Shown here: positions 41,136-43,714 of the stretch, piece by piece | How positions within the stretch are numbered: position 1 is the stretch's first letter | Layout of the letters: each line of letters begins with the position of its first letter | Origin: a virus | IMG/VR virus record: IMGVR_UViG_3300049795_000032 | Span: 1 to 43,714 of that record | Strand: one strand, 5' to 3' | DNA length: 43,714 bases | Translations under genes and position numbers: made by a program | The notes under the pieces: model-generated | Seen by the model: the letters and a program-made list of their open reading frames with translations, nothing else | The model's database searches: none | Told to the model about the DNA's origin: nothing

Positions 41136-41290
41136 GGCCAAATCCTCCCGAACGCCAGTCCTAGCAATATGCCCGCACCCAACGCCATGATCCAAATGAA
41201 CAGACGCTCCGTCCAATGCTTTTCGAGGCAGCGGCATCGCTCGTCCCCTAAGACAATCTCGTCACAATCCTTGCACCAACGCACTCTCAT
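41132..41290 (-). CDS. Hypothetical 52-aa zinc-ribbon plus TM microprotein (below track cutoff)
   Basis: MRVRWCKDCDEIVLGDERCRCLEKHWTERLFIWIMALGAGILLGLAFGRIWP. ATGA overlaps with the TerL stop and the MazG-like start. Confidence 0.45.
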   Translation of the reverse strand: MRVRWCKDCDEIVLGDERCRCLEKHWTERLFIWIMALGAGILLGLAFGRIWP

Positions 41291-42816
41291 CCGAGTAGCT
41301 CCCTTTCGAGATTGTCCACTGCGTCTTTCATGTCAGGAATAAAGGTCATGTTAGAAGCCGCATACTCTAGCGCCTGTGAGGTGCTGTCCACCTGATCGTC
41401 ATGCGCCGCGCGTGGGAACCCTATAAGCTCGGTTTCATAGTCGTGCGCCCATACCGCCGCGTACTCGTTACCCGTGTCAGGGAAAAATACGTTACCTGCC
41501 CTGAACACACCTTGCACGGCCATGGCGCGCGTGACCTTGCTGTCCGCGCCGGGCGAATATGGAACCATGCCAGGGACGACGCGCTTTAGGGTGGACATGA
41601 TAGCGGGCCCGTTGGCCTTGTCCTCGATAAGAATCGTGTGAGCCTTAGGCCATTTCGCCGCGAAGCTCTTTACCTCGTCCACGAGATCCGCGAATTCGAG
41701 GCGCCGCCGCACCAAGTCTATCAGGGAGAATTGCGCGCCCGCTACGTACCAGCAAGTACCCACGCACCAATCGGAGCCGTCCGTGCCCTTGAAAGAAAAG
41801 TCCCAAGACTGGAGATAGAAACCGTCAGAGGGCAGAGAAGATTTGACTCGCCCTTGATACGTGTAGTCGTCCACTGTAGCGGGGGAGAGCGTCCAGCGCT
41901 TGAATGTCTCGGCTTTGAATATGGAACCGCCGGGGGGAACGGGGTTCTGCCCGTACTGCGCGGAAACGACGGTCGGATCGTTGTTAGTTTTTATTTCTTG
42001 AATGACTGTAGGGGTAAAGCGCTCTTGCCAGAATGACTCGCCTTCCACCGCGCGCGGGTCTTCCCATCCGATGGACGTAGAGAACGTCTTACCTGTGTAC
42101 TCGAGAGGGATGCACACGTGCTCCCATCCGCTTTCGTGTGCCAGCACGTGGCCCGAAAGATCGTTCTCCGCTACGCGTTGCATGATGATGCCGGTGCGGC
42201 GCACGCGATGATCGCCGCGGGAGGCCATCGTTGTTTGCCACCAATTGACTACCTCGTCCAATGACAGCTTAGTGACGTTCTTAGGCTTGATAGGATCGTC
42301 AATTACGCGGTTCAGGGGGTGGCGCCCCGTCGTTTTACCGTCCACCGAAGTGGAGAAGCGCCAACCACCCGTAGGCTGGCCGTGCGCGTCGTACACGTTG
42401 AATTCGCCCACGCCGTCATTAGGATCCAAGCGAAACAAATCGCTCCACCTGGCTTGGAACCAAGGCGAGGATATGAGTGTTTGCACCTTGCCCGCGTCTC
42501 GCTTGGTGAGCAATCCGTCGAATGACGTATAAAGGAAGGTCTCCGCAGGGTTGCGGAGCCATGCCCACGCGTTCCACAGCACGCTAACGACGTTGGATTT
42601 GCCCGAGCCCGGCGGGACGTTGAATATCACGTTACGCAATTGCCCGGCCGTCATCGCTTGGAGGTGCTCGGCTATACATGCGACGTGCCAATTGTCCATG
42701 TAAGGCGCGGCAGGTTCGATAACGTGCCAGGCTTTAGAGATGAAATAGTGTAGAGAACGCCTACCGCGCTCCCTCTCAATCTCGATCAAGTGCTCTTCTA
42801 CGGTACGCTTACGCAT
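41287..42816 (-). CDS. Terminase large subunit
   Basis: Walker A-like FNVPPGSGKSNVV and Walker B-like NRVIDDP. Nuclease-domain acidic motifs ILIEDKANG and AAHDDQVDS. 509 aa. Confidence 0.85.
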   Translation of the reverse strand: MRKRTVEEHLIEIERERGRRSLHYFISKAWHVIEPAAPYMDNWHVACIAEHLQAMTAGQLRNVIFNVPPGSGKSNVVSVLWNAWAWLRNPAETFLYTSFDGLLTKRDAGKVQTLISSPWFQARWSDLFRLDPNDGVGEFNVYDAHGQPTGGWRFSTSVDGKTTGRHPLNRVIDDPIKPKNVTKLSLDEVVNWWQTTMASRGDHRVRRTGIIMQRVAENDLSGHVLAHESGWEHVCIPLEYTGKTFSTSIGWEDPRAVEGESFWQERFTPTVIQEIKTNNDPTVVSAQYGQNPVPPGGSIFKAETFKRWTLSPATVDDYTYQGRVKSSLPSDGFYLQSWDFSFKGTDGSDWCVGTCWYVAGAQFSLIDLVRRRLEFADLVDEVKSFAAKWPKAHTILIEDKANGPAIMSTLKRVVPGMVPYSPGADSKVTRAMAVQGVFRAGNVFFPDTGNEYAAVWAHDYETELIGFPRAAHDDQVDSTSQALEYAASNMTFIPDMKDAVDNLERELLG

Positions 42817-43429
42817 GGGGACACGAATGCTCGTCGCCTTTACACTTCCAGCAATAGAGATCCTCAGCCACGTCTACAATTTCCGTCGCTTGTTCGCGCA
42901 ATGCGTCAACTAGTTCCAAAGCTTTACGGGGGTCGCAACGAAGCAGCTCACCTAATTCTTTGGGTGTCGCGCCCTCCCATGCTGCGATCAAGGCTTCCAA
43001 CTCTCGGGGGTGGAGATCTCGCACGACACGGCGCACCGTCCTACGGGCTTCCGCGCGTTCGGCCCCTACCTCAGTCTGCGAGTTGTCACGCCGTGAGCCG
43101 TCCAACGGACCGTAAAGGCAATCGGCTGCGTCATTCTTGGTCAGTTTATTGCGCGACGTGGATACGCCTTTCTTTAGGCGGATGCACTCTTGTATGCGGT
43201 AAAGTACCTTCCACTTGGCGTAGGAGTAGAACCCTCCCTTGTCGGGCTGATAATTATGGAGCGCCTCAATCAACCCAATGGCGCCTTCCTGCGCCAAGTC
43301 CTCATAGTCCGAGCCTTTAGCGAAGCGGTGCACGATATTGTGCACTATGCGCATATTGTCGAGGACGAGTTTATCTCTCAGCCTAAGGCTTCCGGTGCGT
43401 CGCCATTCGAAAAAAACGGATTTGTCCAT
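42809..43429 (-). CDS. Sigma-70 family RNA polymerase sigma factor
   Basis: Region 2 reads DLAQEGAIGLIEALHNYQPDKGGFYSYAKWKVLYRIQECI. Region 4 HTH reads LHPRELEALIAAWEGATPKELGELLRCDPRKALELVDALREQ. C-terminal CWKCKGDEHSCPH. Overlaps the TerL start by 8 nt. Confidence 0.8.
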   Translation of the reverse strand: MDKSVFFEWRRTGSLRLRDKLVLDNMRIVHNIVHRFAKGSDYEDLAQEGAIGLIEALHNYQPDKGGFYSYAKWKVLYRIQECIRLKKGVSTSRNKLTKNDAADCLYGPLDGSRRDNSQTEVGAERAEARRTVRRVVRDLHPRELEALIAAWEGATPKELGELLRCDPRKALELVDALREQATEIVDVAEDLYCWKCKGDEHSCPHA

Positions 43430-43482
43430 GCGGCGGCCCTAGGAAGGGGCGCGCATCGGGCCATCGCTTCGCTAGTAGCCTA

Positions 43483-43692
43483 TCAGAGGGGGAGGCTAAG
43501 CGCAAAGCGGATGGCATGAGCGATGTTCGGGCACCGGAAAAGCTTGGCATAGACGTCCATTGACAGGGGGACACGCTCATGCTGGCCAGCCTTGACGATC
43601 GGCTTATGCAGGGACATCGCGAACGCACATTCAATGTACGTTTCGTGTCCCGAGTAGTCCGGGTCCCATAAAAGCAAGACTTCTCGGCCCAT
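43483..43692 (-). pseudogene. Nucleoside 2-deoxyribosyltransferase-like / DUF4406-like gene, 3' part in the -1 frame relative to the 5' part
   Basis: REVLLLWDPDYSGHETYIECAFAMSLHKPIVKAG resembles the C-terminal S/G-x-E...A...KP motif of this fold. The N-terminal GIYIAAPY part is encoded at 227-128 in another frame. Confidence 0.45.
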
Positions 43693-43714
43693 GTGCTCAT
43701 CGGATGGCCTCCAA
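43588..43714. repeat. Terminal overlap, copy B (identical to 1-127)
   Basis: Read directly. Confidence 0.95.

Noticed and set aside
1-43714. Lysogeny module (integrase, CI/Cro-like repressor, attP, excisionase) or plasmid-partition genes
   Set aside because: No ORF shows tyrosine or serine recombinase, HTH-repressor or ParA/ParB motifs that I can recognise. The tRNA is a complete gene, not an att-like fragment. Absence of evidence only: several small early proteins are unassigned.

Overview
The window is a complete, GC-rich tailed-phage genome of about 43.6 kb, of the contractile-tail (myovirus) type. It was recovered as a circular assembly: bases 1-127 are letter-identical to 43588-43714. 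Coding density is very high, and start and stop codons overlap throughout (ATGA, GTGA, TAATG).

Layout:
- A long leftward replication arm runs from 9797 to 229. It carries a family A DNA polymerase, tRNA-Gln(UUG), an SNF2-like helicase, a Cas4/RecB-like nuclease and two proline-rich proteins.
- This arm continues across the circular junction into a broken deoxyribosyltransferase-like gene, a sigma-70-family factor, the large terminase, a MazG-related pyrophosphohydrolase and a multiply frameshifted DNA methyltransferase.
- A rightward PrimPol-helicase block occupies 9877-13249.
- An AT-rich gene-poor island (13733-14369) holds a 12-copy octamer iteron palindrome.
- A rightward structural block of about 21 kb (15013-35956) encodes scaffold, capsid, neck, fibre-like genes, an embedded lysis cassette, sheath, tube, a -1 frameshifting chaperone, tape measure, a Mu/P2-like baseplate and a fibre with two Asp-box (BNR) motifs.
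- Portal and MuF (37077-39231) sit opposite a RuvC and small-terminase pair (36024-37013).

The signals I consider most worth following up:
1. Nine exact, same-strand copies of GCTACCCTA sit at operon starts. Four abut start codons, implying leaderless mRNAs, and one lies inside the scaffold gene. The phage-encoded sigma factor is a candidate reader of this motif.
2. The iteron, AT-rich core, iteron palindrome looks like a replication origin.
3. A self-contained promoter-gene-terminator cassette is bounded by 34-bp near-perfect inverted repeats that begin exactly at the stop codons of both flanking genes.
4. The methyltransferase is decayed, including a 7-bp tandem duplication.

I found no integrase, repressor, CRISPR array, rRNA or reverse transcriptase. 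Functional calls rest on motifs read by eye and on gene order; no database search was possible.
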